This document shows, one piece after another, positions 35,429 through 45,021 of a stretch of DNA of 64,000 nucleotides. Origin of the DNA: Myxococcales bacterium (GTDB lineage Bacteria; Myxococcota_A; Bradymonadia; REDH01); NCBI GenBank assembly GCA_020633625.1, contig JACKDJ010000008.1, positions 55,881 through 119,880 of the forward strand, written 5' to 3'. How positions within the stretch are numbered: the first letter of the stretch is position 1; each line of letters opens with the position of its first letter. The position numbers and the translations under genes were made by a program. The notes under the pieces are model-generated. The model saw only the letters and a list, made by a program, of their open reading frames with translations. It was not told the DNA's origin and ran no database searches.

Positions 35429-37828
35429 CGCGTCGACGTCGACGCTCCAGCGCACGTCGCGTTTGGTCGCGCTCGTGGCAGCCAACCCCGCGGCGCGTGC
35501 GGCCCGGGCGGCCGCGTGCACCGGACCACGCTCGGCCCCGCGCACCAGCGCCTGGACCCGGTAGCGGTCCCGGACGCGCGCGATAGGCGAGTCGGCCGGG
35601 CCCAGGGTGATCAGGCTCGGGCCTCCGGCGCGGCGCGCGGCGTCGAGCAGTCGCTCCGCCGTGGACCACGCCGTGCCGTAGTCCGGCGAGTCCGTCCGGA
35701 TCACGAACAGGTGACCAAAGGGCGGGTAGACGAGACGCCGCCGAAACTCGAGCTCACGCGCCGCAAACGCGTCGAAGTCGTGCCGAGCGACGGCCTCGAG
35801 CACGAAGTGGCCGGGCCGATACGTCTGAACGACCACGCGGCCGCGAAGCTCCGCGCGCCCGGCTCGCCCCGCGACCTGCGACAGGAGCTGGAACGTGCGC
35901 TCTCCGCTGCGAAAGTCCGGGAACCGCAGCGCCTGGTCGGCATCGACGACGCCAACGACCGTCACCCGCGGAAAGTCGTGCCCCTTCGTCACCATCTGCG
36001 TGCCCACGAGCACGTCGGTGTCTCCGCGGCGGAACGCGTCGAGGATGCGCGTGAGGCCGCGTCCGCGCGACGTGTCGCGGTCGAGTCGGCCGACCCGCAG
36101 ATCGCCGAACGCCTCCTCGACGAGGGCTTCGATCTTCTCTGTCCCAGCGCCCTCGCGCGCGAGCTCGGGCGAGCGGCATGTCGGGCACTCTTTCGGCGCG
36201 CGCGCCGCAAAGCCGCAGTAGTGGCAGGCGACCTCGTCGCGGCGCTTGTGGTACGTCAGCGAGATGTCGCAGCGGGTGCAGCGCAGCGACTCGCCGCAGT
36301 GTGTGCACACGACCGTCGGAGCAAACCCGCGTCGGTTGATGAACAGGATCGCCTGCTCACCGCGCTTCACCGCCTCTCGGACCTCTATCGCCAGCGGGGC
36401 GGAGACGAACTCCGACGTGGAACCCGGCTCGGGCGCCTGGCCGGCCATGTCGACCAACTCGACGTCCGGCATCGGGCGGCCCGCCACGCGAACCGGCAAC
36501 TTTGCCAGTCGATAGCGGCCGCGCTGAGCGTTCGCGAGCGACTCGAGGGAAGGGGTCGCGCTGCCAAGCACACACGGGACGCCGAGGCGGTGCGCCAGCA
36601 CGACGGCCGAGTCCCGCGCGTGGTACATCACGCCGTCCTGTTGTTTGAAGCTCGGGTCGTGCTCCTCGTCGACGATGATCAGGCCGAGGTCGGCGATCGG
36701 GGCAAACAACGCGGAGCGTGCGCCGATGATCACCGAGACGTCGCCGCGCCGAATCCGTCTCCACTGGTCGAAACGCTCGCCCGCCGAGAGGGCGCTGTGT
36801 TGAACTGCGATGTCGGCCCCGAGCGCGGCGCGGAACGAACCGACGAACTGAGGCGTCAGCGCGATCTCGGGGAGCAACACAAGCACCCGCTGCCCGGCTG
36901 CGACGACCGCACGGGCGGCGCGGACGTAGACCTCCGTCTTTCCGGAGCCGGTCACCCCATGTACGAGCACGACCCGAGGCTCTGCGGTTCGGGCGGCATC
37001 GATCATCTCGACGGCCGCTGCCTGGTCTGCCGTGAGCGCGGGCTCGTGAGTTCGCGGCTGGACGGGCGCGGCGAAGGGGTCCCGCAGCACCTCCTCGGTC
37101 TCGCGCGCCAGCACGCCGCGCTCGACCAGCGTGTCGAGCACCGCGCGGGCGACCCCGAGCTCGGCGCGAAGCTCTTCGGCCGTCGCGGTCTCGTCGCGCA
37201 CCAGGAGCTCCACGACGCGCCGCTGCATGGCGCCCAGTCGCTCGGGGATGACCTCGAGCCGATATCGCTCCGTTGTCCGGGCCTGCGTCTGCGGCGACGC
37301 CGCGTAGGTCGAGACGACGCAGCCGGAGGCCTCGAGGGCGTCGAGGTCGGCGTGCAGTACCCCGCGGAGGAGCCGCACGGCGTCGGAGGGCGCGAGTGGC
37401 CGCGCCTCGGACCGCATCGCGGCGTGGAGCGCGGCCGCCGCGTCGCCGAGCGCCGGATCCGGTGTCCGGTCGACCGCCTCGACCCAGCGGCTCGCCGCGA
37501 GCGCGCCGTCGGGGGGGAGCGCGAGCCGCGCGACCTCGCCGATGGGCGCCAGGTAGTAGCCCGCGATCCACTCGAGCAGCGCGAGCTGCGCTTCGCCCAC
37601 GGACGGCTGCGCGTCGAGCACGTCGACCAGCGGACGTACGCGCGCGGGGTCGACGCCCGCCGGTGCGGCCGCGCTGGTCGCGACCACGAGCCCCGTCTTG
37701 GCGCCGCTCCGAAACGGGACAACCACGCGGGTGCCCCGACGCACCTTGCCCGCGAACGCATCGGGCACCGAGTACGTAAGCGCCGTGTCGAGCGGGACGT
37801 CGACCGCGACCTGCGCGAACGCAGTCAC
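35414..37828 (-). CDS. priA: Primosomal protein N' (replication restart helicase)
   Basis: GTG at 37828 (GTGA overlap with the upstream gene). VTAFAQVAVDVPL..., Walker A GVTGSGKT, DEEH, Cys-rich zinc region CTHCGESLRCTRC...CHYCG...CPTC. Confidence 0.92.
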   Translation of the reverse strand: MTAFAQVAVDVPLDTALTYSVPDAFAGKVRRGTRVVVPFRSGAKTGLVVATSAAAPAGVDPARVRPLVDVLDAQPSVGEAQLALLEWIAGYYLAPIGEVARLALPPDGALAASRWVEAVDRTPDPALGDAAAALHAAMRSEARPLAPSDAVRLLRGVLHADLDALEASGCVVSTYAASPQTQARTTERYRLEVIPERLGAMQRRVVELLVRDETATAEELRAELGVARAVLDTLVERGVLARETEEVLRDPFAAPVQPRTHEPALTADQAAAVEMIDAARTAEPRVVLVHGVTGSGKTEVYVRAARAVVAAGQRVLVLLPEIALTPQFVGSFRAALGADIAVQHSALSAGERFDQWRRIRRGDVSVIIGARSALFAPIADLGLIIVDEEHDPSFKQQDGVMYHARDSAVVLAHRLGVPCVLGSATPSLESLANAQRGRYRLAKLPVRVAGRPMPDVELVDMAGQAPEPGSTSEFVSAPLAIEVREAVKRGEQAILFINRRGFAPTVVCTHCGESLRCTRCDISLTYHKRRDEVACHYCGFAARAPKECPTCRSPELAREGAGTEKIEALVEEAFGDLRVGRLDRDTSRGRGLTRILDAFRRGDTDVLVGTQMVTKGHDFPRVTVVGVVDADQALRFPDFRSGERTFQLLSQVAGRAGRAELRGRVVVQTYRPGHFVLEAVARHDFDAFAARELEFRRRLVYPPFGHLFVIRTDSPDYGTAWSTAERLLDAARRAGGPSLITLGPADSPIARVRDRYRVQALVRGAERGPVHAAARAARAAGLAATSATKRDVRWSVDVDALRLL

Positions 37829-38511
37829 AGCAGTACGTGCGGGAGTCGTCCGAGATCTGGCGATACGGAGGGCGGGGCTGCGCCGACGCCGCTCGTCAGC
37901 GGGGCGAGCTCGTCCGCGGACCGCGCGACGTCGGTGACGGTCACGCGCGCGACGCGGGTGGAGTCGCGCCAGACCTCGACTTCGGTCGGCATCCAGCCGC
38001 GTCCCGTGTCGCCGTACTCGAGCACGCGGGCGTAGTACGTCGCCCGCCCGTGGCGCAACCGGATCTCGCGGAGCCGTCCGACGTCGGGCTCGACCAGGAC
38101 GGCCGCCTCGGCGGACCCGAACGCGGCAACGAACTGTCCGCTGTTCTGTTCGGGCCCCCAGAGCACCTCGAGCCCCAAACTCGCGTCGTCGAGCGTCGCC
38201 CCGAGGGCGGCGAGGGTGTCGTCGAGTGGACCCGCGGTCAGGAGCGCTGCCACGAGGCGGAGCTCGAACGCGAGCGAGAGGTCCGAGACACTCCACGACG
38301 GCGCCCCGTCGAGACCGCTCAGCTCGAGCGACGCGGCGATCGCGTGCCAGGCGACCCCGTCGGCGTCCCTCAGGGCGACGGCGGGACCTCCAAGCGCGGC
38401 CCTCACCGTGTCGGCGTCGCGGAGCGCGCCCGGCGCCTGTTGTGCGTCTGCCGCCGCGGCGCCGCCGATCACGAGGCACACGCACGCGGTGACGACCGCG
38501 CGCCGCCTCAC
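37825..38511 (-). CDS. Exported hypothetical protein
   Basis: Signal peptide MRRRAVVTACVCLVIGGAAAADA. Coupled to galU (upstream) and priA (downstream). Confidence 0.7.
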   Translation of the reverse strand: MRRRAVVTACVCLVIGGAAAADAQQAPGALRDADTVRAALGGPAVALRDADGVAWHAIAASLELSGLDGAPSWSVSDLSLAFELRLVAALLTAGPLDDTLAALGATLDDASLGLEVLWGPEQNSGQFVAAFGSAEAAVLVEPDVGRLREIRLRHGRATYYARVLEYGDTGRGWMPTEVEVWRDSTRVARVTVTDVARSADELAPLTSGVGAAPPSVSPDLGRLPHVLL

Positions 38512-39374
38512 TTGTCGATCGTCTCCAGGTACGCGCGCAGCGCCGGTCCCAGGTCCGAACGCTTCAGGGCGTACTCGATGTTTGCCTTCAAGAAGCCAAA
38601 CTTGTCGCCGATGTCGTGGCGCGTCCCCTCGAACTCGTATCCGACGAGGCCGCGCTCCGTCGCGAGCGCCTGCAGCGCGTCCGTGAGCTGGATCTCGCCG
38701 CCGTGTCCCGGACGCGTCGCCTCGAGGTAGCCGAAGATCTCGGGCGGCAAGACGTAGCGGCCGATGACGGCGAGGTTCGACGGTGCGTTCTCGGGCCTCG
38801 GCTTCTCTACGAGCGTAAAGACGCGATGCGTGCGCTCGTCCATGCGATCACCCGCGATGATTCCATACATCGAGGTGTCTTCGCTCGGCACCTTCATCAG
38901 CGACACGACGCCGGCGCCATACCGCTCGTACTGCTCGACGAGCTGAGCGGTCGCCGGACGCTTCGCGTCGATGATGTCGTCGGGGAGAAGCACGACGAAG
39001 GGCTCGTCGCCGATGGTGTCCTTCGCGCAGAGGACGGCGTGCCCGAGCCCGAGCGGCGCCTTCTGGCGGATCGCCACCGCGCGGACCATCTCCGAGATCC
39101 GGTCGATCGCCTCGATGAGCTCGGTCTGCCCCCGGCGGCGCAGCGTGTCCTCGAGCTCATAGCTGTGGTCGAAGTGGTCCATGATCGCGCCCTTCGAGCG
39201 CCCGGTGATCAAGATCACCTGCTCGATCCCGGCCGCCACGACCTCCTCGATCACGACCTGAATGGCCGGCACGTCGACGATCGGGAGCAGCTCCTTCGGC
39301 ACCGCCTTCGTCGCGGGAAGAAACCGCGTCCCCAAGCCCGCCACCGGGATGACTGCCTTGCGAACCTTGCTCAT
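38508..39374 (-). CDS. galU: UTP--glucose-1-phosphate uridylyltransferase
   Basis: KAVIPVAGLGTRFLPATKAVPKELLPIVD, VEKP motif. Confidence 0.95.
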   Translation of the reverse strand: MSKVRKAVIPVAGLGTRFLPATKAVPKELLPIVDVPAIQVVIEEVVAAGIEQVILITGRSKGAIMDHFDHSYELEDTLRRRGQTELIEAIDRISEMVRAVAIRQKAPLGLGHAVLCAKDTIGDEPFVVLLPDDIIDAKRPATAQLVEQYERYGAGVVSLMKVPSEDTSMYGIIAGDRMDERTHRVFTLVEKPRPENAPSNLAVIGRYVLPPEIFGYLEATRPGHGGEIQLTDALQALATERGLVGYEFEGTRHDIGDKFGFLKANIEYALKRSDLGPALRAYLETIDK

Positions 39375-39466
39375 CTGGGACTCCTGTGTCAGTCGGGCGC
39401 ACCAGTTAGGCGAAATCTCCGCGCTTGTGAAGCACGCCGCGGGCCCCTCCGACGCACCTCGCCCGC

Positions 39467-42223
39467 ATGCTCTACGTCCTCGACGGCAGCTACTACGTCT
39501 TCCGAGCCTTCTATGCGCTGCGCGAGATGACCAACTCGCGCGGCTTCCCGACCAACGGGCTCTACGCGTTCACCAACATGCTCCTGAACGTCGTTCGCGA
39601 CCGCGCACCGAGTCACCTCGCCGTCGCGTTCGACCCGCCGGGGCCCGTGTTTCGCAACGAACTCTTCCCCGACTACAAGGCAAACCGCGACGAGACCCCA
39701 GAGGCGCTCGTCCCCCAGTTCCCATACTTCCGCCGCATCGTCGACGCCCTCGGGCTCAACGTCCTCGAGGTGCCCGGCTTCGAAGCCGACGACATCATCG
39801 CAACCCTCGTCGAGCGCGCCGAGCGCGCCAACCTCACCACCGTCGTACTGACCGGCGACAAGGACCTCTACCAGCTCGTCTCGGAGCGCACCACGCTCGA
39901 AGACTCCATGCGAGACAAGCGCGTCGGGCTCGCCGACGTCCTCGAGCGCTTCGCCGTCGCCCCCAACCGCGTCGCTGACGTCCTGGGCCTGTCGGGCGAC
40001 ACCTCCGACAACATCCCGGGCGTCCCCGGGATCGGCGAGAAGACCGCCGGCAAGCTCGTCGCCGAGTTCGGGAGCCTCGAAGAGGTCCTTGCCCGCGTCG
40101 ACGAAGTCTCGGGCGTCAAGCGGCGCGAGATGCTGCGGGAGCACGCCGAGATCGCGCGCCTGTCGAAGGTGCTCGCGACCGTCCGCCGCGACGTCCCCAT
40201 CGACGTCGAGCTCGACTCGCTTCGGCTCCGGACTCCCGAGATGGGCGCGTTCGACGCGCTCTGCGAAGAGCTCGAGTTTCGCCGCTTCCCACGCGCGGCT
40301 CGCGAGGTCTTCGCCGTCGCCGCGCCGCCACCGCCAAGGCAGTCCGGCCTCGGTCCGCTCTTCGACTCGCAGCCAGACTCGCCGTCGAAGCCGACGCAGA
40401 CGCCGACGACTCCTGTCGCGGACCTCGGCCCGACGACAGCGAACGAGACCGCCACGTTGGCCGATCTCGTCGCCCTCCTCGCCGGCACGGCCACCGATGC
40501 GTCGCTCGCCCTCGAGATCGTGACCGACGGGGGAGACCCCGACCAGGCGGCCTGGGTAGGGGTCGCGGTCGCTGTGCCAGACGGCGCCCGCGGCGTCCGC
40601 GCCGCGTACGTCCCGATCGGACACAGCGACCTGTTCGCCGCGCAGACGAGCGCCCACGAAGTCGTCGGCGCCCTCCGAGACGCTGTCCAGGACGAGGCCA
40701 GGCCCAAGGTGATCGCCGACGCCAAGCGGGCGGAACGACTGCTCGCGTCGGCCGGTCTCCAGCTCCGCGGCGTGAGGTTCGACCCCTCGCTCGCCGGCTA
40801 CCTCGTCGACCCGAACGCCCGCGCCTTCGACGTCGCGACGCTCGCGCAGGAACACCTCGGCGTCGCCTCGGGCGACGAGCGCGGCGAGCGCGGCCGCCCG
40901 TCGACGCGCGCTGCATCGGACGCCGGCACCTCAGCCTGCGCCCGCGTCGACGCTGCGCTCCGACTCGAGCCCGCGCTCGGCGCCGAGCTCGCGGGCGCGC
41001 CGCGGCAAGTCCACGACCAGATCGAGCTCCCGCTCACCCACGTCCTCGCCCGTATGGAGTCCACGGGCGTCTGCATCGACCTTGAGCGGCTGGCCGCGAT
41101 GAGCGCCGAGTTCCACACACGGATCGACGCGCTCACGGCCGAGGTTCACGAACTGGCGGGTCGGTCGTTCGCGATCAACTCGCCCACACAGCTCGCGACC
41201 GTCCTCTTCGACGAGCTCGGCCTTCCGGTCCAGCGCCGCGGAAAGTCCGGGCCGAGCACCGACGCGGCCGTCCTCGAGGTCCTCGCCGAGCACCACCCGA
41301 TCGCAGAGCGCGTGCTCGACTACCGAGAGGTCACCAAGCTGGCGTCGACATACATCGACGCGCTGCCACGACTCGTGCGCCGCGAGACCGGGCGGGTACA
41401 CACGACGTTCAACCAGTGTGTCGCCGCGACCGGACGCCTCTCCAGCAGTGACCCGAACCTGCAGAACATCCCGATCCGAACGTCCGAAGGGCGTCGAATC
41501 CGAGAGGCGTTCGTCGCCGCCCCCGGCTGGATCTTGTTTGGCGGCGACTACTCGCAGATCGAGCTCCGCGTGCTCGCGCACATGTCAGAGGACCCGGTCC
41601 TCATCGACGCGTTCCGCCGCGGCGAGGACATCCACCGGCGAACCGCCGCCGAAGTCCTCGAGATCGCACCCGACGACGTCACCCCCGAACAGCGGTCGCA
41701 GGCGAAGGCCATCAACTTCGGGCTCATCTACGGCATGGGGGCGCGTCGGCTCGGAAAGACGACCGGATCGTCTCACGCCGACGCGCAGGCATACATGGAC
41801 CGGTACTTCCACCGCATCGCGCGCGTGCAGCCGTTCATGTCACAGCTCGTGCAGGACGCGCGGGCCAGCGGGTACGCCGAGACCCTCGCCGGACGCCGTC
41901 GACCGATCCCCGAGCTCGCGCGAGGCACCAGCCGACGAGAGTTCGCGCTCGGGGAGCGGCTCGCGATGAACACTCCGATCCAGGGGACCGCGGCCGACAT
42001 CATGAAGCTCGCGATGATCGCCGTGCAGAGGGAGCTCGACGCCGCCGGGCTCCAAACACGGATGTTGCTGACCGTCCACGACGAGCTGCTGTTCGAGGCG
42101 CCACCCGCCGAGCTCGACCGCGCGATGACGCTCGTCCGCTCGGCGATGGAGGGGGCAATGCAGCTCCGCGTCCCGCTTGCCGTCGACCTCCACTCCGGCG
42201 GGAGCTGGGCCGAGCTCAAGTAG
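39467..42223 (+). CDS. polA: DNA polymerase I
   Basis: 918 aa. 5'-nuclease domain (LLVLDGSYYVFRAFYA-type), family A polymerase motifs (DYSQIELRVLAH, RRSAKAINFGLIYG-type, QVHDELL-type). Confidence 0.97.
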   Translation: MLYVLDGSYYVFRAFYALREMTNSRGFPTNGLYAFTNMLLNVVRDRAPSHLAVAFDPPGPVFRNELFPDYKANRDETPEALVPQFPYFRRIVDALGLNVLEVPGFEADDIIATLVERAERANLTTVVLTGDKDLYQLVSERTTLEDSMRDKRVGLADVLERFAVAPNRVADVLGLSGDTSDNIPGVPGIGEKTAGKLVAEFGSLEEVLARVDEVSGVKRREMLREHAEIARLSKVLATVRRDVPIDVELDSLRLRTPEMGAFDALCEELEFRRFPRAAREVFAVAAPPPPRQSGLGPLFDSQPDSPSKPTQTPTTPVADLGPTTANETATLADLVALLAGTATDASLALEIVTDGGDPDQAAWVGVAVAVPDGARGVRAAYVPIGHSDLFAAQTSAHEVVGALRDAVQDEARPKVIADAKRAERLLASAGLQLRGVRFDPSLAGYLVDPNARAFDVATLAQEHLGVASGDERGERGRPSTRAASDAGTSACARVDAALRLEPALGAELAGAPRQVHDQIELPLTHVLARMESTGVCIDLERLAAMSAEFHTRIDALTAEVHELAGRSFAINSPTQLATVLFDELGLPVQRRGKSGPSTDAAVLEVLAEHHPIAERVLDYREVTKLASTYIDALPRLVRRETGRVHTTFNQCVAATGRLSSSDPNLQNIPIRTSEGRRIREAFVAAPGWILFGGDYSQIELRVLAHMSEDPVLIDAFRRGEDIHRRTAAEVLEIAPDDVTPEQRSQAKAINFGLIYGMGARRLGKTTGSSHADAQAYMDRYFHRIARVQPFMSQLVQDARASGYAETLAGRRRPIPELARGTSRREFALGERLAMNTPIQGTAADIMKLAMIAVQRELDAAGLQTRMLLTVHDELLFEAPPAELDRAMTLVRSAMEGAMQLRVPLAVDLHSGGSWAELK

Positions 42224-44093
42224 CCGACGCCGCGTCGGCTGGGGCGCTGCCGGCCGGGACGCGCACGGTGAACGTCGTGCCAAACGACGTCGACGAGAAG
42301 GCGATCGTGCCGCCGTGCTCCTCGACGAGCTTCTTTACGACGGCAAGACCGAGCCCGCTGCCACCGACCTTCCCCGACGTGACGAACGCGTCGAAGACGT
42401 GCGCCTGGATCTCTGGAGGGATGCCGCCGCCCGTGTCGGCGACGCGCACGACGAGCACGTCGCCGTCTCTCGAGAACTCGACGGTGAGCCGACCCCCGCC
42501 CGGCATCGCGTCCCGCGCGTTACGCGCGAGATTGAACACGACCCGCTTCAGCTTGCCGTCGTCGACGCGGACGTCGCCGCGGTCGGCGGAGCGGACCTCG
42601 ACCCGCACCTCCGTCTCGGCGCACTCCATCTCGAGCAGCTCCCGGATCTCGTCGACCAGCGTGTGCAGGTGGACGTTCCGCAGATACAGCGTCGTCTCGC
42701 CGCGCGCATACGCGAGCAGCTCCCGCGTCATCTCGTTCATCTGCGCGAACTGCTGCGCAACCTTCGCCGCGAGGTCGCGCCGACGCGCCGGGTCGTCGGA
42801 GCGCGCCATGAGCTGTACGTAGCCGCTCGCGATCGCGAGGGGGGTGCGTGAGTCGTGGATGACGCCGCTCAGCATCTGGCCGATCGCCGATAGGCGACCG
42901 TTCATCTCGCGACGCTTGCGTTCGAGCGAGCGAGCGACCGCGCGGCTGATCTCGCCGGCGACCAGGTCCATGAGCTTGAGGTCGTCGTCGTCGTACTCCG
43001 GAAAGTCTCGCTCGTCGTCTGTGTCGCGGGCCCGGTTCACGAGCTCGACACAGCCGAACCGCTCGCCCTCGACCGTGAGCGGCACGGCGGCGACCGACGT
43101 CACGGGCAGCGAGCCTAGCGACGGGAGTCGGCCCGTCACCGCAGCCGCGTCGGGACGGGTGGGCGACATCGCACGACGTACCGGCTCGCCGTTGTCCATC
43201 ACGAGGGCGCGGATCGACGGGTCCCAGGTCCGGCGCGACGGCGCGAACTCCTCCCCTCGACTCCTGCGCGCCCAAGCATACTCGACGAGCCGTGAGCCCT
43301 CGACGAGGGTCACGGCGCATCCATACGAGACGACGGTGTCGGCGAGCGTCCGGGCCACGACCGCGATGGCGTCGTCCAGGTCGTCCGCTTCGGCGACGCG
43401 CTTGTGGATCGCGTGGAGCGTGTCGAGCCGTCGTACCTGCTGCTCGAGCTGTCGGCGCGTCCCCTCCAGGCGCATGTTCTGGTCGCGCGACGCGAGGTAC
43501 AGCTCCTGATTGTGGATCACGATCGCCGCGGTGTTCGTGATCGCGCTCAGCAGCGCCTCGTCCTCGACCGTGAACCAGCCGACGCGCTTGTTGAGCACCT
43601 GCGCGACACCGATGATGTTGCCGTCGGGGTCGCGCATCGGCTGGCAGAGCAGGCTCCGGGTGCGAAACCCGGTCTGGTAGTCGTGCTCCGGCGCAAACCG
43701 GGGGTCCTGGTAGGCGTCTCGCAGGTTGAGCGACTTGCCGTGGTGGGCGACCCAGCCTGCGACACCCGTGCCCGGCGCGACGCGGACCTCTGTCATGCCG
43801 TCGTGCGCCACGACGCGGCTGTAGAGGTAGCCGGTGTCGGCCTCCCGCATGAACAGCGTGGCGCGCTCTGCGTTCATGATCAGCGCGATCCTGTCCATGA
43901 TGTACGACAGGAGATCGTCTTGGCGAGTGTGGGACCCGAGCGCGGCGCAGATCTCCTGGATCCACGCCGACCTGTCCTCGGCGCGTGAGAGCTGAGCCTG
44001 CAGCCGCGCGATCGCGTCGCTGGGCGCGTCGTCACCCACCGGCGGCTCGTAGACCGACGCCGACGGGGGAGGGGTGTCTTTGGGCTCGCGCAT
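42216..44093 (-). CDS. GAF-domain sensor histidine kinase
   Basis: Two GAF-like regions, H-box IHDSRTPL, HATPase_c (DTGGGIP, GSGLGLAVVK). Confidence 0.9.
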   Translation of the reverse strand: MREPKDTPPPSASVYEPPVGDDAPSDAIARLQAQLSRAEDRSAWIQEICAALGSHTRQDDLLSYIMDRIALIMNAERATLFMREADTGYLYSRVVAHDGMTEVRVAPGTGVAGWVAHHGKSLNLRDAYQDPRFAPEHDYQTGFRTRSLLCQPMRDPDGNIIGVAQVLNKRVGWFTVEDEALLSAITNTAAIVIHNQELYLASRDQNMRLEGTRRQLEQQVRRLDTLHAIHKRVAEADDLDDAIAVVARTLADTVVSYGCAVTLVEGSRLVEYAWARRSRGEEFAPSRRTWDPSIRALVMDNGEPVRRAMSPTRPDAAAVTGRLPSLGSLPVTSVAAVPLTVEGERFGCVELVNRARDTDDERDFPEYDDDDLKLMDLVAGEISRAVARSLERKRREMNGRLSAIGQMLSGVIHDSRTPLAIASGYVQLMARSDDPARRRDLAAKVAQQFAQMNEMTRELLAYARGETTLYLRNVHLHTLVDEIRELLEMECAETEVRVEVRSADRGDVRVDDGKLKRVVFNLARNARDAMPGGGRLTVEFSRDGDVLVVRVADTGGGIPPEIQAHVFDAFVTSGKVGGSGLGLAVVKKLVEEHGGTIAFSSTSFGTTFTVRVPAGSAPADAASAT

Positions 44094-44157
44094 GGGGGAG
44101 ACTGCCAGAGGGGCCCACCCCGAACTGTATCACGGGCGCCGCGTCGAGGGCACCGAT

Positions 44158-45021
44158 TCAGCGCGCGCGGATCGCCGATGCCACGCCCGCGGCCTCGCTC
44201 GCCCCCGCGCGGCTCGAAGCCGCGAGCGCGTCGAGCTGCGGCAGCGCGTCGGCGGTGCCGCAGTGGCGGAGCGTCTCCAGCGCCGCCAGGACGACGGCCG
44301 CGCTCTCGTCGTCCAGCGCTCGTACGGCAGCCTGCGAGACGTAAGGGTGCGGAAAGCCGATGCGGAGGTTCTGCAGCAGCCGCAGCTTCTCGTCGTCGCT
44401 CGCGTCGCCGTCGAGCTCTCGCCCCATCCTCAGGGCCGCGCGCTCGAGGTCGACGAGCGTCGTGTCGGCGTCGCCCTCGCGGCCGAGCTCGAGCTGCAGC
44501 GCAGCCAGCGTGGGATAGGCGCGCAAGTAGCTCGGGTCGACACGGATCGCGCGCTGGAGCGCCGACTCGGCCTCGGGCCGGCGACCGGCGTCGAGCAGCG
44601 TGTTGCCGAGCACGAACTCGAGCTCGCCGCTCCCCGGCGTCGACGCGCGCAGCCACTCCAGCACCTCGAGCGAGGCGTCCAGATTCCCACGGGAGTGGTA
44701 GAGCTGAGCGAGTATCAGCATCCCGATCGCCTTCGGTTCACTCGCCGACGCGGTCTCGCGGAGCGCAAGCAGCGCCGTGATCGCCGTGTCGGCGTCTCCT
44801 CGCCCCAGGGCCTCGCGAGCGCTGGCGAGGAGTCGGGGTTGGTCGTCGGTCGTCGCTGCGAACCGCGTTGGCGGCGGAAGGGGTACCTCGGCCGCCGCCG
44901 ACCGCTCATCGACGGCCGGAGGAGCCGACGCGGCGGGGGGAGCGTCACGGTGGCAGCCGACGAAGAGCACAGACGCGGCTGCTACGCGCGAGAGCACCGC
45001 CGAGCCGCGCGCGCGGGTCAA
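44158..45021 (-). CDS. TPR/HEAT-repeat lipoprotein (hypothetical)
   Basis: TTG at 45021 overlaps the upstream stop (TTGA). GTG at 44997 is an alternative start. Lipobox SVLFVGC. TPR-like (LAQLYHSRGNLDASLEVLEW...) and HEAT-like C-terminus. Confidence 0.7.
   Translation of the reverse strand: MTRARGSAVLSRVAAASVLFVGCHRDAPPAASAPPAVDERSAAAEVPLPPPTRFAATTDDQPRLLASAREALGRGDADTAITALLALRETASASEPKAIGMLILAQLYHSRGNLDASLEVLEWLRASTPGSGELEFVLGNTLLDAGRRPEAESALQRAIRVDPSYLRAYPTLAALQLELGREGDADTTLVDLERAALRMGRELDGDASDDEKLRLLQNLRIGFPHPYVSQAAVRALDDESAAVVLAALETLRHCGTADALPQLDALAASSRAGASEAAGVASAIRAR

Noticed and set aside
35516-38035. 839-aa plus-strand ORF antisense to priA. The same pattern applies to 39389-40855 (polA), 52114-54024 and 52671-54038 (glyS), 21817-23736 (moeB), 46392-47774, 56613-57644 and 57756-59090 (ileS).
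   Set aside because: Each lies opposite a gene with diagnostic motifs and has shadow-frame composition. They are not independent genes.
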